Below are positions 52,767 to 61,055 of a DNA stretch of 64,000 bases, piece by piece; position 1 is the first letter of the stretch; every line of letters begins with the position of its first letter. The stretch is from Candidatus Edwardsbacteria bacterium (GTDB taxonomy: Bacteria > Edwardsbacteria > AC1 > EtOH8), in NCBI GenBank assembly GCA_020053305.1, contig JAGVNJ010000050.1:368-64367 (forward strand). The letters run 5' to 3'. The notes beneath the pieces are model-generated. The model did not search any database. It was given only the letters and a program-made list of their open reading frames with translations, and was not told where the DNA came from. A program made the translations under genes and the position numbers.

Positions 52767-54941
52767 ATGAGATCAACTTTCCTGAAGGATAACCCGGTGA
52801 TGTTTTGGGGCCGGGTGGTAATCGTGGCATTGATGACGGGAAGCGCTGCGGTGTTAAAAACACTGGGGGCGCTTCCCCTGTCTTTTCCGGGCATCATCCT
52901 CCTGTCTATCATCTTCCTGCTGCTGACGGCCTTTGCTAAGTATCTTAATCATCGGCGGCCGGGCTGGCGGTGGGATTATGCCCAAATGGTGCTGGACATC
53001 GGCTGGATCGCCGCCTTCATCCATATGACCGGCGGGGCGGAGAACCCCTTTACCCTGCTGTTCTTCATAGCCATTATTGCCGCCGCCAATGTCCGCTTTG
53101 CTAAGGGAGCAATTTTCACCGCCACCTTATCCAGCCTGACCCTGGCCGCTTTGATATATTTGGATTACCGCAGTTTAAGGACCGGACTGTTGCTGGGCCG
53201 GGACCAGGATTTCGTGACTGCTTTCACTACCGAGTTTGTTTTCCGGGGATACCTCTATGCCATCTGCTTCTATCTGGTGGCGGCCTTCTCCGGCTACCTG
53301 GCCGAAAGGCTCAGGCTGAAGGGGAGGCAGCTGGAGGACACCGCCCGGGCCCTGGAGGAGTTCAAGCTGTCCACCGGCGATATCCTGGAGAAGATGGGCA
53401 GCGGCCTGCTGACCATCAATGAAAAAGGGCAGATCGTATACTGCAACCTTTCCGGCCTGCAGATACTGGGCCTGGAAAAAAGCGAGATCATCGGCCGCAA
53501 TGTCTCCCAGGTAGCCGTCGAGGGCCGGGAATCCCTGGGGAGCATTCTGGCCCCGGATAATGCCCCAAGGGAAGGCCGCTCCCAGCGGATGGAGATAAAA
53601 ATATCGCGGGGCCGGGAGGAGGGCATTCCGGTGGGGGTCAGCACCACCTCGGTCTATGGCAGCCAGGGGAAACTGGAGGGCATCATCGCCATCTTCCAGG
53701 ACCTGAGCGCGGTCAAAACGCTGGAGAACCGGATGATCGAGATGGAACAGCTGGAGACCTCCAAGGAGCTGACCAAATCCCTGCTGAAGCTTCTGCATCC
53801 CTACCTTTCCGAGATAAATGCCACCATCTCCGAACTGATGAGGGAGAATGAGGTGGACCCGGTCATCATCGCCAAGATCTCCCGGGTTAAGGAGAAGACC
53901 GAGTATATCCGCAAGACCATCGATGACTTTGCCAGGTTCGCCCATATCGAAATCCCGGGAGCCGATATGGTCCAGCAGGCCGGCCGGGAATATGACAGCC
54001 GGATAATTGGCCGGTCGCCGAATTTCGTCGAGATCATGAACATGGTCCAGCAGGTGGCCCCCACCGACAGCACGGTGCTGGTCTGCGGGGAGTCCGGCAC
54101 CGGCAAGGAACTGCTGGCCCGGGAGCTGCACCGCCTGAGCGGTCGGGGCAAAGGACCATTCGTCAGCATCAACTGCGCCGCCCTGCCCGAGACCCTGCTG
54201 GAATCGGAGCTGTTCGGCCATGTCAAGGGATCGTTCACCGGGGCGATGCGCGACAAGGACGGCCTGTTCCGGGTGGCCTCCGGCGGCACCTTTTTCTTAG
54301 ACGAGGTGTCCGAGACCTCTCCGGCCATTCAGGTTAAGCTGCTGCGGGTGCTGCAGGAACGGGAGATCGTGCCGGTGGGAGGCACCCGTCCCATCAAGGT
54401 GGATGTCAGGGTGATCTCGGCCACCAACAGCGATCTGGCAAAGGCGGTGGAGATGAATAAATTCAGGATGGATCTGTTCTACCGCCTTAACGTCATCCAG
54501 ATCACCATCCCTCCGCTGAGGGACCGCAAAGACGACGTGCTGCTGCTGGCCGATGAGATCATCGCCAATTATTGCCGGAAGCAGAATCTCCCGGTTAAGC
54601 TGATGTCTTCCGGGGCCAGGGATTTTTTGATGCAATACAATTGGCCCGGCAACGTCAGGGAATTGGAGAATGTCTTGGAGCGGGCCATCATCCTGGAGAC
54701 CGGACCGGTGATAGAAAAAAACAGCCTGCCGGACGAGGTATTGAAGTTCGGGTCCGACATTAAAAAGGCGCCGTTACCGGAAACGGCCAACGGGGGGAAT
54801 TTAAAGGACAAGGAAAAGCAGACCATTCTTAAGGTATTGACCGAATGCCATAACAATAAGGCCTTGGCGGCCAAAAAGCTGGGTATTCACTACGCCACTT
54901 TGTACCGGAAATTGAAAAGCTATAATATTACGGATGAATAA
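52767..54941 (+). CDS. PilS-type membrane sensor/PAS fused to a sigma54 enhancer-binding AAA+ and HTH (PilS-PilR fusion)
   Basis: PilS-like TMs (QMVLD..TGG..PF), PAS, GESGTGKE, GSFTGA, FLDEV, WPGNVRELEN, Fis-type HTH. Confidence 0.85.
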   Translation: MRSTFLKDNPVMFWGRVVIVALMTGSAAVLKTLGALPLSFPGIILLSIIFLLLTAFAKYLNHRRPGWRWDYAQMVLDIGWIAAFIHMTGGAENPFTLLFFIAIIAAANVRFAKGAIFTATLSSLTLAALIYLDYRSLRTGLLLGRDQDFVTAFTTEFVFRGYLYAICFYLVAAFSGYLAERLRLKGRQLEDTARALEEFKLSTGDILEKMGSGLLTINEKGQIVYCNLSGLQILGLEKSEIIGRNVSQVAVEGRESLGSILAPDNAPREGRSQRMEIKISRGREEGIPVGVSTTSVYGSQGKLEGIIAIFQDLSAVKTLENRMIEMEQLETSKELTKSLLKLLHPYLSEINATISELMRENEVDPVIIAKISRVKEKTEYIRKTIDDFARFAHIEIPGADMVQQAGREYDSRIIGRSPNFVEIMNMVQQVAPTDSTVLVCGESGTGKELLARELHRLSGRGKGPFVSINCAALPETLLESELFGHVKGSFTGAMRDKDGLFRVASGGTFFLDEVSETSPAIQVKLLRVLQEREIVPVGGTRPIKVDVRVISATNSDLAKAVEMNKFRMDLFYRLNVIQITIPPLRDRKDDVLLLADEIIANYCRKQNLPVKLMSSGARDFLMQYNWPGNVRELENVLERAIILETGPVIEKNSLPDEVLKFGSDIKKAPLPETANGGNLKDKEKQTILKVLTECHNNKALAAKKLGIHYATLYRKLKSYNITDE

Positions 54942-54970
54942 GAAACAGGGTAGTCGGTATGGCAATAATA

Positions 54971-55022
54971 GTCATCCTGAGATTCTTCGGCTTGCCGGGC
55001 AGGATGCAGGACTCAGAATGAC
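54971..55022. repeat. REP-like palindrome GTCATCCTGAG...CTCAGAATGAC
   Basis: Terminal inverted repeat; a second gtcatcctga at 55041. Confidence 0.6.
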
Positions 55023-55071
55023 GAAATGGTTTGCTGTCACGTCATCCTGAAAGCGACAACAGTTTTCACAA

Positions 55072-55134
55072 TGTCATTCCCTCGAAAGAGGGTATCTATG
55101 TTTTTGCTGGATTCCCGCCTATGCGGGAATGACA
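55072..55134. repeat. REP-like palindrome GTCATTCC...GGAATGAC
   Basis: Terminal IR with two internal hairpins; homologue at 60934-61008. Confidence 0.7.
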
Positions 55135-55200
55135 CAGAATTGAAGGATCTGCGCCTATAGGAGGTGTTCAGGAGGCTATCTTGGGCTATCCTCCTGACTT

Positions 55201-55217
55201 TAGGCACGATAATTGCT
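55201..55217 (+). promoter_or_regulatory. Sigma54 -24/-12 promoter for the HAMP-pilin gene
   Basis: taGGCACGataatTGCt, GG-N10-GC, about 36 nt before the ATG. Confidence 0.75.
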
Positions 55218-55252
55218 TATATTATCTGCATAACAGACATTAAGGAATTGAT

Positions 55253-56338
55253 ATGGCTCAAAATCGAAGACGAAAAATACTGGCCCACAAGGATATGCAG
55301 ATCAGGATCGTCATTCAGATCTTGGCAATGGTGGCCGGCGGAATGCTGCTGGTGGGCGGGGCGATATATCTGATCATCTGGCAGGGCATCACCAGCCCGG
55401 CCTTTGCTTCGGGTCAAACATCAATAATCAGCATCTTTGACCAGGTGCATAAATTGCTTTTTATAGTTATTCCGGTTCTTATCTTGATAATGGGCTGGAT
55501 CGCAATAATTATCTCACATCGTATAGCCGGACCTTTGGTAAACCTGAACAAGGGCATGAGAGACCTGGAGAGCGGCCAGTGGCCGGAGCGGCCCATGAAA
55601 TTCCGCAAAGGGGATGAGGGCCATCACCTGGCAGAGCAGTTCAACAGCATGGTGGAGAAAGTAAAATTGCAGATGGAACACGAAAGAAACAGGATGGACT
55701 CCATGCTGACTGAAGTGGAATCCGTTTCAGCCAAGTTAAAGCAGGAGAAAAAGACCGAACAGGAAATCATAAAGGAATTGGATTCATTGCAGGAAAAAAT
55801 CAAAAAATCCGCTCAGCAGGGCTTCACCCTGATAGAATTGATGATCGTGGTGGTGATAATAGGCATACTGGCCGCCATAGCCGTGCCCAATTACATGAGT
55901 ATGCGCAGCCGGGCTATGGAAGCCTCTACCAAATCAAATATGCATACTCTGCAATTAGTGATTGAAGATTTTGCGGTGAGGGTTGACGGCTTTTACCCCG
56001 ATAACTTGGATACAAAATTATCGGATATTAACGCATCATTATCTGCCGTTTCGATTGCCGAAGGCGTGCGTATCCCGCCATTCCCGGCCGCTGCCTTGAT
56101 ATGTCCGCACTTGGGTTATGTCAATCCGTTTAATCCTGCGGCCAACGCTTTGGACGATCTCCCGGGCGGCCCGCCAGCACCGGCGGCGGGCCCCAGCGGA
56201 GATGTTTTTTATACCAGTTATGATGTTGACGGCAACCTGAACGGAGGCACCAATCCAGCCGCTAGGGGGTATAGAATATGTGCATATGGTAAAACTGACC
56301 CCGTGATCCTGATTTTAACTGGAGGCACGGGAAATTAG
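55253..56338 (+). CDS. 2TM-HAMP-coiled-coil protein fused to a type IV prepilin
   Basis: TM1, TM2-SHRIAGP HAMP (..GDEG..LA..FN.M), coiled coil, internal G190|FTLIELMIVVVIIGILAAIAVP. Confidence 0.8.
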   Translation: MAQNRRRKILAHKDMQIRIVIQILAMVAGGMLLVGGAIYLIIWQGITSPAFASGQTSIISIFDQVHKLLFIVIPVLILIMGWIAIIISHRIAGPLVNLNKGMRDLESGQWPERPMKFRKGDEGHHLAEQFNSMVEKVKLQMEHERNRMDSMLTEVESVSAKLKQEKKTEQEIIKELDSLQEKIKKSAQQGFTLIELMIVVVIIGILAAIAVPNYMSMRSRAMEASTKSNMHTLQLVIEDFAVRVDGFYPDNLDTKLSDINASLSAVSIAEGVRIPPFPAAALICPHLGYVNPFNPAANALDDLPGGPPAPAAGPSGDVFYTSYDVDGNLNGGTNPAARGYRICAYGKTDPVILILTGGTGN

Positions 56339-56436
56339 TCGTCTATTGCAATAATATCGCATAATGCAAAGTAAATAAATTTGAACTATCATTGCGTAAC
56401 CGTTTATATACAATAAACTTGTCAACGCATTTATTT

Positions 56437-56453
56437 TTGGCATGATTTATGCT
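56437..56453 (+). promoter_or_regulatory. Sigma54 -24/-12 promoter for pilA
   Basis: tTGGCATgatttaTGCt, GG-N10-GC. Confidence 0.75.
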
Positions 56454-56517
56454 GCCATATTTAAGTCATAAGACTACAAAAAAAATCAATCCAACTAAAT
56501 TTTAAAAGGAGACCAAA

Positions 56518-57018
56518 ATGAACAACAAAGGCTTTACCCTGATCGAGTTGATGATCGTGGTGGTCATCATCGGTATCCTGGCGGCCATCGCCATTCCCAA
56601 CTTTATGTCCATGCAGGACCGGGCCAAGGAAGGTTCCGTCAAGGCTAATATGCATACCCTGCAGTTGGCGTCCGAGGATTTCTCTACCCAAGCTGATGGG
56701 ATTTATGCAGGAAACCTCGCTAGCACAATTGCTGATGCTAACGCCCTGTCTGCCAGCGTGTCTACTATTCCATTGTTATTGCCGGGCAATTTTAAGAACC
56801 CGTTTTTAGGTACAACGGGCGTAGGGGGTGGTTTGGCACTTAACGACGGCGGCGCGGAGCCGGCAGTATTTGCGGTTGCTGATAGAGGCATAGTATATTA
56901 TAACGGCTTGGATGTGGCTGGCGCATATGTTGGGGCAGTGGGTCCGGCAGTATCCTACGCAATCTATGGCGCAGGCAAAACTGACATTATTATCCTTAGG
57001 CTTACTTCGGGCCAGTAG
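56518..57018 (+). CDS. pilA: Type IVa major pilin
   Basis: MNNKG|FTLIELMIVVVIIGILAAIAIP; AAGGAG RBS; own promoter and terminator. Confidence 0.92.
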   Translation: MNNKGFTLIELMIVVVIIGILAAIAIPNFMSMQDRAKEGSVKANMHTLQLASEDFSTQADGIYAGNLASTIADANALSASVSTIPLLLPGNFKNPFLGTTGVGGGLALNDGGAEPAVFAVADRGIVYYNGLDVAGAYVGAVGPAVSYAIYGAGKTDIIILRLTSGQ

Positions 57019-57028
57019 CGCTAATTGT

Positions 57029-57067
57029 TAAAAAAGGTAGGCTGTGCAATACGGCCTGCCTTTTTTT
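57029..57067 (+). terminator. Intrinsic terminator after pilA
   Basis: aaaaggtaggctgt-gcaat-acggcctgccttttttt. Confidence 0.75.
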
Positions 57068-57115
57068 ATGAGGGGTGGAATGGTTAAATTCGCAGGGGTA
57101 AAACATTTCGTAGGG

Positions 57116-57143
57116 GTAGGGGCAAGTCATGAATTGCCCCTAC
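57116..57143. repeat. GTAG-family REP palindrome
   Basis: GTAGGGGCAAGTCATGAATTGCCCCTAC. Confidence 0.7.
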
Positions 57144-57152
57144 ATAAGACAT

Positions 57153-57530
57153 TTGAAAAAAAATGTAACAATAATTTTGCTGTTCCTCTTCTGCGGTTGT
57201 GCAAATACAGATAAGACCCCGGAGGCGGCGGTAAGATATTTCTGGGCGGCCATGGCCAAGGGCGACAAAGCGGAGGTGCTCAAAACCCAGATATATTATA
57301 AAACAGGCATGACCTCCGAATTCATAAATATCCCGGAAAACATCGAGTGGCTTTATTTAGACAGCATGACCACTGTTTACAAAAGCGATTCCCGGGCAGA
57401 TGTTTATTACCAGGTGGTATTCAGGAAGAATAACGGCACAAAAACTGTCCGTTATAAAACCGGGACCCTGGCCATTAAAAAGAACAATAATTGGATGATA
57501 GCAAGGGTGATAGGAGCTAAAAAAGAATGA
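57153..57530 (+). CDS. Putative lipoprotein (NTF2-like/DUF4878-like)
   Basis: KK + hydrophobic stretch + FCGC lipobox, TPEAAV; TTG start preferred over the ATG inside the REP. Confidence 0.55.
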   Translation: MKKNVTIILLFLFCGCANTDKTPEAAVRYFWAAMAKGDKAEVLKTQIYYKTGMTSEFINIPENIEWLYLDSMTTVYKSDSRADVYYQVVFRKNNGTKTVRYKTGTLAIKKNNNWMIARVIGAKKE

Positions 57531-58456
57531 CGGCCGTCATACAGATAAAGGGGTTATATAAAACCTACCAAAAACATTTCTGGATGCCCCGGCAAACCGT
57601 GCTTAAGGGCTTGAACCTGGAGGTGGAGGCGGGACAGATATTCGGTTTCCTCGGCCCCAACGGGGCCGGCAAGACCACCACCATCAAAACATTGATGGGC
57701 ATCATCCGGCCCAGCGCCGGCCGGGCCTTGCTTTTCGGCAAAGACCCCTGGGATATCGAGCCCAAACAGAGGATCGGCTTTCTGCCGGAATCCCCATATT
57801 TCTATGATTATCTGACCGGCCTCGAGTTCCTGGTATTTTGCGGCCGACTGTTCAATATAAGCAGTGTCGTTTTAAAGAGCAGGATCCAGGAACTGCTGGC
57901 CTTAGTCAACTTGAGTTATGCCGCCGATCTGCAGATGCGCAAATACTCCAAGGGCATGCTGCAGCGGATAGGGCTGGCCCAAGCCCTGATCAACGACCCC
58001 CAGCTGGTGGTGCTGGACGAACCGCTGACCGGCTTGGACCCGCTGGGCCGCAAGGAATTCAAGGACATCATTCTGAATTTAAAGGCCCGGGGCAAGACGG
58101 TTTTTTTCAGCTCCCATATCCTGCCGGACGCCGAGATGGTCTGCGATGCCGTGGCCATAATCAACAAAGGGAAACTTCTGCAGGTGGGAAATCTGGCCGA
58201 TCTCCTTAACGCCCGGATCAAAGCGATTGAATTAAACTGCCGGAATATTCCCGAGGAAACGGCCGGCAAAATGAAAAGCCGGTCGCTTTCGTCAAATACC
58301 ATCAACGGGCAATGGCAGTTCAATTTAAAGGCCGAGGCCGACATTTCCGGGGCGATAGATCTGGTGAAGGCCGCTGGCGGGGATATTATAAGTGTCATCC
58401 CCCAAAAGGAAAGCCTGGAGGAATATTTTTCCCGGGAGGTGGCCGGCGATGCGTAA
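57527..58456 (+). CDS. ABC transporter ATP-binding protein (PilH/XapD-like)
   Basis: GPNGAGKT, YSKGMLQR, VLDEP, SSH. Confidence 0.9.
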   Translation: MTAVIQIKGLYKTYQKHFWMPRQTVLKGLNLEVEAGQIFGFLGPNGAGKTTTIKTLMGIIRPSAGRALLFGKDPWDIEPKQRIGFLPESPYFYDYLTGLEFLVFCGRLFNISSVVLKSRIQELLALVNLSYAADLQMRKYSKGMLQRIGLAQALINDPQLVVLDEPLTGLDPLGRKEFKDIILNLKARGKTVFFSSHILPDAEMVCDAVAIINKGKLLQVGNLADLLNARIKAIELNCRNIPEETAGKMKSRSLSSNTINGQWQFNLKAEADISGAIDLVKAAGGDIISVIPQKESLEEYFSREVAGDA

Positions 58457-59216
58457 AATAAGAGCCATAGCCTATAATACCTTTACCGAGGGCATCAGGT
58501 CCAAAACGCTCTATGCCTTGCTGATCTATATAATGCTGATTCTGTTCAGCGTCACCGCCCTGGTGCCGTTGACTTTGGGAGAGCATTCCCGCATCCTGCG
58601 GGATTTCGGCTTGTCCGGCATAGAATTTTTAAGCGTGATGCTGGCCATCGTTATCGGGACCACATTGGTCTATAAGGAGGTTGAGAAGAGGACGATCTAT
58701 GTTATCGCCTCCAAACCGGTGGAGAGGTTCGAATTTCTGCTGGGCAAATATTTGGGAATGGAGCTGCTGTTGGGCCTGGTGATATTTTTGATGGCCGTGA
58801 TATTCACTTTGGGGGTGCTGTTCCTGGACGGCAAATTCACCTTTATCCTGCTATTGCCGGTGACCATGATCTTCGTAAAAGTGTCGGTGATCAACATCAT
58901 TGCCCTTTTCTTCTCCAGCCTGTCCTCGCCGGTCTTGGGCGCGGTCTTCACATTTTGCTTTTATCTGGCCGGAACCCTAAGCCGGGATATTTTACGCCTG
59001 GTCCAGCGCCTGTCGGAGGGGCCCCTGAAAATTATTCTCAAAATATTTTATTACCTCCTGCCCAATATGGGGAATATGGACCTTAAGAATCAGGCGGTTT
59101 ACGATACGGCTGTTTTATGGCCCCAGGTTTGGTGGGCGCTGTCCTACAGCGGGGCCTATATTCTGGCGATGCTGATGATAACCTCGCTGATCTTTGAAAA
59201 GAAGGATTTCAAGTGA
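58449..59216 (+). CDS. ABC-2 permease (PilI-like)
   Basis: About 6 TM, EVEKRTIY..SKP.R.EFLLGK, FEKKDF. Confidence 0.85.
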   Translation: MRKIRAIAYNTFTEGIRSKTLYALLIYIMLILFSVTALVPLTLGEHSRILRDFGLSGIEFLSVMLAIVIGTTLVYKEVEKRTIYVIASKPVERFEFLLGKYLGMELLLGLVIFLMAVIFTLGVLFLDGKFTFILLLPVTMIFVKVSVINIIALFFSSLSSPVLGAVFTFCFYLAGTLSRDILRLVQRLSEGPLKIILKIFYYLLPNMGNMDLKNQAVYDTAVLWPQVWWALSYSGAYILAMLMITSLIFEKKDFK

Positions 59217-60088
59217 TGAAGGCAGGGGGTTTAATAAAAGGCAGTCCGGTCCGGTATGTATTGATGCTATTGGGAGGATGCCTGGTGTTCTTCAGCCAGG
59301 TTAAGATAGACCTGATGCTGAAAACCGAACGGCAGGGCGAATTGATGTATTTCCCCAATGCGGCGGTGACCAAGGCCGCCGCATTCGGATACGACAACCT
59401 GGCCGGCGACTGGATTTGGCTGCAGACCATCCAATATTACGGCCAGCATACTTTAACCGACCGGCAGTACCAATATTTGGGCCATATGTTCGATGTTTTA
59501 AGCGTTCTGTCCCCAAATTTCAGGGTGGCCTATAACTTCGGGGCCCTGCTGCTGGCCCATGACGCCGCCGATGTCCCGGCCGCCGACCGGCTGATGAAAA
59601 AGGGAATGGAGAACAATCCGGAAGACTGGTCCATCCCCTTTTTCCGGGGCTTCGTTCACTTCGTATTTGCCCGTAATTACCGGGAAGCCGGCCGGTGGTT
59701 CACCATCTCCTCCCGCCGGCCCGGGGCTCCGGAAATGCCGGGCCGTTTTGCCGCCTTTGCCCTGCAGAAAGGCAAGGACCCGGAAACTTCCCGGGCCTTG
59801 TGGGTGGAACTAATGAATAAGACCGAAAACAAAACGGAAAAATCCATAGCCCAGTATTATATCAGTAAAATCGACCGGGAAATAATACTGGGGCAGCTTC
59901 GGGAAGCTGCGGGTAATTTCCAAAAGGAAAATAACCGGACGATAATTTCGCTAAAAGACCTGATACTATGGGGCTATATTAAACAGATTCCCGACGATCC
60001 ATTGGGCGGGTATTTTTACTGGGACCCTGATAAAAAAACAGTGATGACAGAAGGCGGGCAAAGCATAAGCAAAAAAGCGGGTTTATAA
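59213..60088 (+). CDS. PilG/Xap-like TPR-type accessory protein
   Basis: N-terminal TM, LAGDWIWLQTIQY, helical repeats, IPDDPLGG; follows pilH/pilI-like genes. Confidence 0.6.
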   Translation: MMKAGGLIKGSPVRYVLMLLGGCLVFFSQVKIDLMLKTERQGELMYFPNAAVTKAAAFGYDNLAGDWIWLQTIQYYGQHTLTDRQYQYLGHMFDVLSVLSPNFRVAYNFGALLLAHDAADVPAADRLMKKGMENNPEDWSIPFFRGFVHFVFARNYREAGRWFTISSRRPGAPEMPGRFAAFALQKGKDPETSRALWVELMNKTENKTEKSIAQYYISKIDREIILGQLREAAGNFQKENNRTIISLKDLILWGYIKQIPDDPLGGYFYWDPDKKTVMTEGGQSISKKAGL

Positions 60089-60105
60089 GAACCCGCTTTT
60101 TGCTT
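60067..60105 (+). terminator. Intrinsic, possibly bidirectional, terminator
   Basis: aaaaagcgggtt-tataag-aacccgcttttt. Confidence 0.8.
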
Positions 60106-60127
60106 GGTGTCGCAGTGAATTCTTTGA

Positions 60128-60156
60128 TTGACTTAACTTCTTTAATGTTATATTAT
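60128..60156 (+). promoter_or_regulatory. Sigma70-type promoter
   Basis: TTGACT-N17-TATTAT after the terminator. Confidence 0.55.
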
Positions 60157-60183
60157 TATGTCTCGTTTTAACTGAACTGGAAC

Positions 60184-60636
60184 AATCCGCAGATTACGCA
60201 GATGATCACAGATAAAGCTAAAAGCAAGGGTACTGATAAAAGGGATTTAGAGACCTATGCAATCATCGGTGCGGCTATGGCGGTACATAAAGAGCTGGGG
60301 AATGGTTTCTTAGAGCCGGTTTATCAGGAAGCTTTAGCAATCGAAATGAAAAAGCTTGATATTCCGTACCAGAGAGAAGCCAGCCTGCCTGTATTTTATC
60401 AGGGGAAACAGTTGAATGTATCGTATCGGGCTGATTTTATTTGCTTTGGCACTATAATTCTAGAATTAAAAGCATTGTCAAATATGAGCGGCACGGAAGA
60501 ATCTCAAGTGATAAATTATCTAAAAGCTACCGGACTTAAGAAAGCTTTATTGCTTAATTTCGGTAAACCAAGTTTAGACTATAAACGTTTTGTCTTAAGT
60601 TAGTGAATCTGTGGCAATCTGTGTAATCTGCGGATT
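60184..60636. mobile_element. Inverted-repeat-bounded GxxExxY cassette
   Basis: 30-nt arms at 60184-60213 and 60607-60636 match 26/30 as inverted repeats; AT-rich cargo. Confidence 0.6.
60202..60603 (+). CDS. GxxExxY protein (PD-(D/E)XK nuclease-like)
   Basis: VHKELGNGFLEPVYQEAL, RADF, ELKA, QVINYLKATG, LLLNFG. Confidence 0.92.
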   Translation: MITDKAKSKGTDKRDLETYAIIGAAMAVHKELGNGFLEPVYQEALAIEMKKLDIPYQREASLPVFYQGKQLNVSYRADFICFGTIILELKALSNMSGTEESQVINYLKATGLKKALLLNFGKPSLDYKRFVLS

Positions 60637-60653
60637 AATATTAAAGGAAAGAG

Positions 60654-60926
60654 ATGAACTGGAAGATATTCGGGATGGCCTTCCTGACCCTGTTCCTGGC
60701 CGAGCTGGGCGACAAGACCCAGCTGGCGGTCATCACCATGAGCGCCGAGTCCAAAAGCTGGCTGTCGGTGTTTCTGGGCGGCAGCCTGGCTCTGATCTGC
60801 GTGACCCTGATCGGGGCGCTGTTCGGCCAGGCCATCATCAAGGTGATCCCCCAGAACATTATGCACTACATCGCCGGGGGGCTGTTCATCGTGATGGGCG
60901 TCCTGGCCATACTGGGGAAACTATAA
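60654..60926 (+). CDS. TMEM165/GDT1 (UPF0016) family membrane protein
   Basis: FLAELGDKTQLA motif, 3 TM. Confidence 0.9.
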   Translation: MNWKIFGMAFLTLFLAELGDKTQLAVITMSAESKSWLSVFLGGSLALICVTLIGALFGQAIIKVIPQNIMHYIAGGLFIVMGVLAILGKL

Positions 60927-60933
60927 ATCCGGT

Positions 60934-61008
60934 GTCATGCCTGCGGAGGCAGGCATCCATGGATCAGCGTCAGTGTTTTTCCTGGAGTCCAGCCTACGCT
61001 GGAATGAC
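60934..61008. repeat. REP-like palindrome homologous to 55072-55134
   Basis: gtcatgcctgcggaggcaggcatcc...ctggagtccagcctacgctggaatgac. Confidence 0.65.
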
Positions 61009-61055
61009 CACAAGGCCGGGGAATGACAGTCATTATTATTTTGAAAGGATAGAGG

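Noticed and set aside
56518-57018. Geobacter-type short conductive pilin
   Set aside because: Full-length 166-aa pilin with a globular head and no obvious aromatic enrichment
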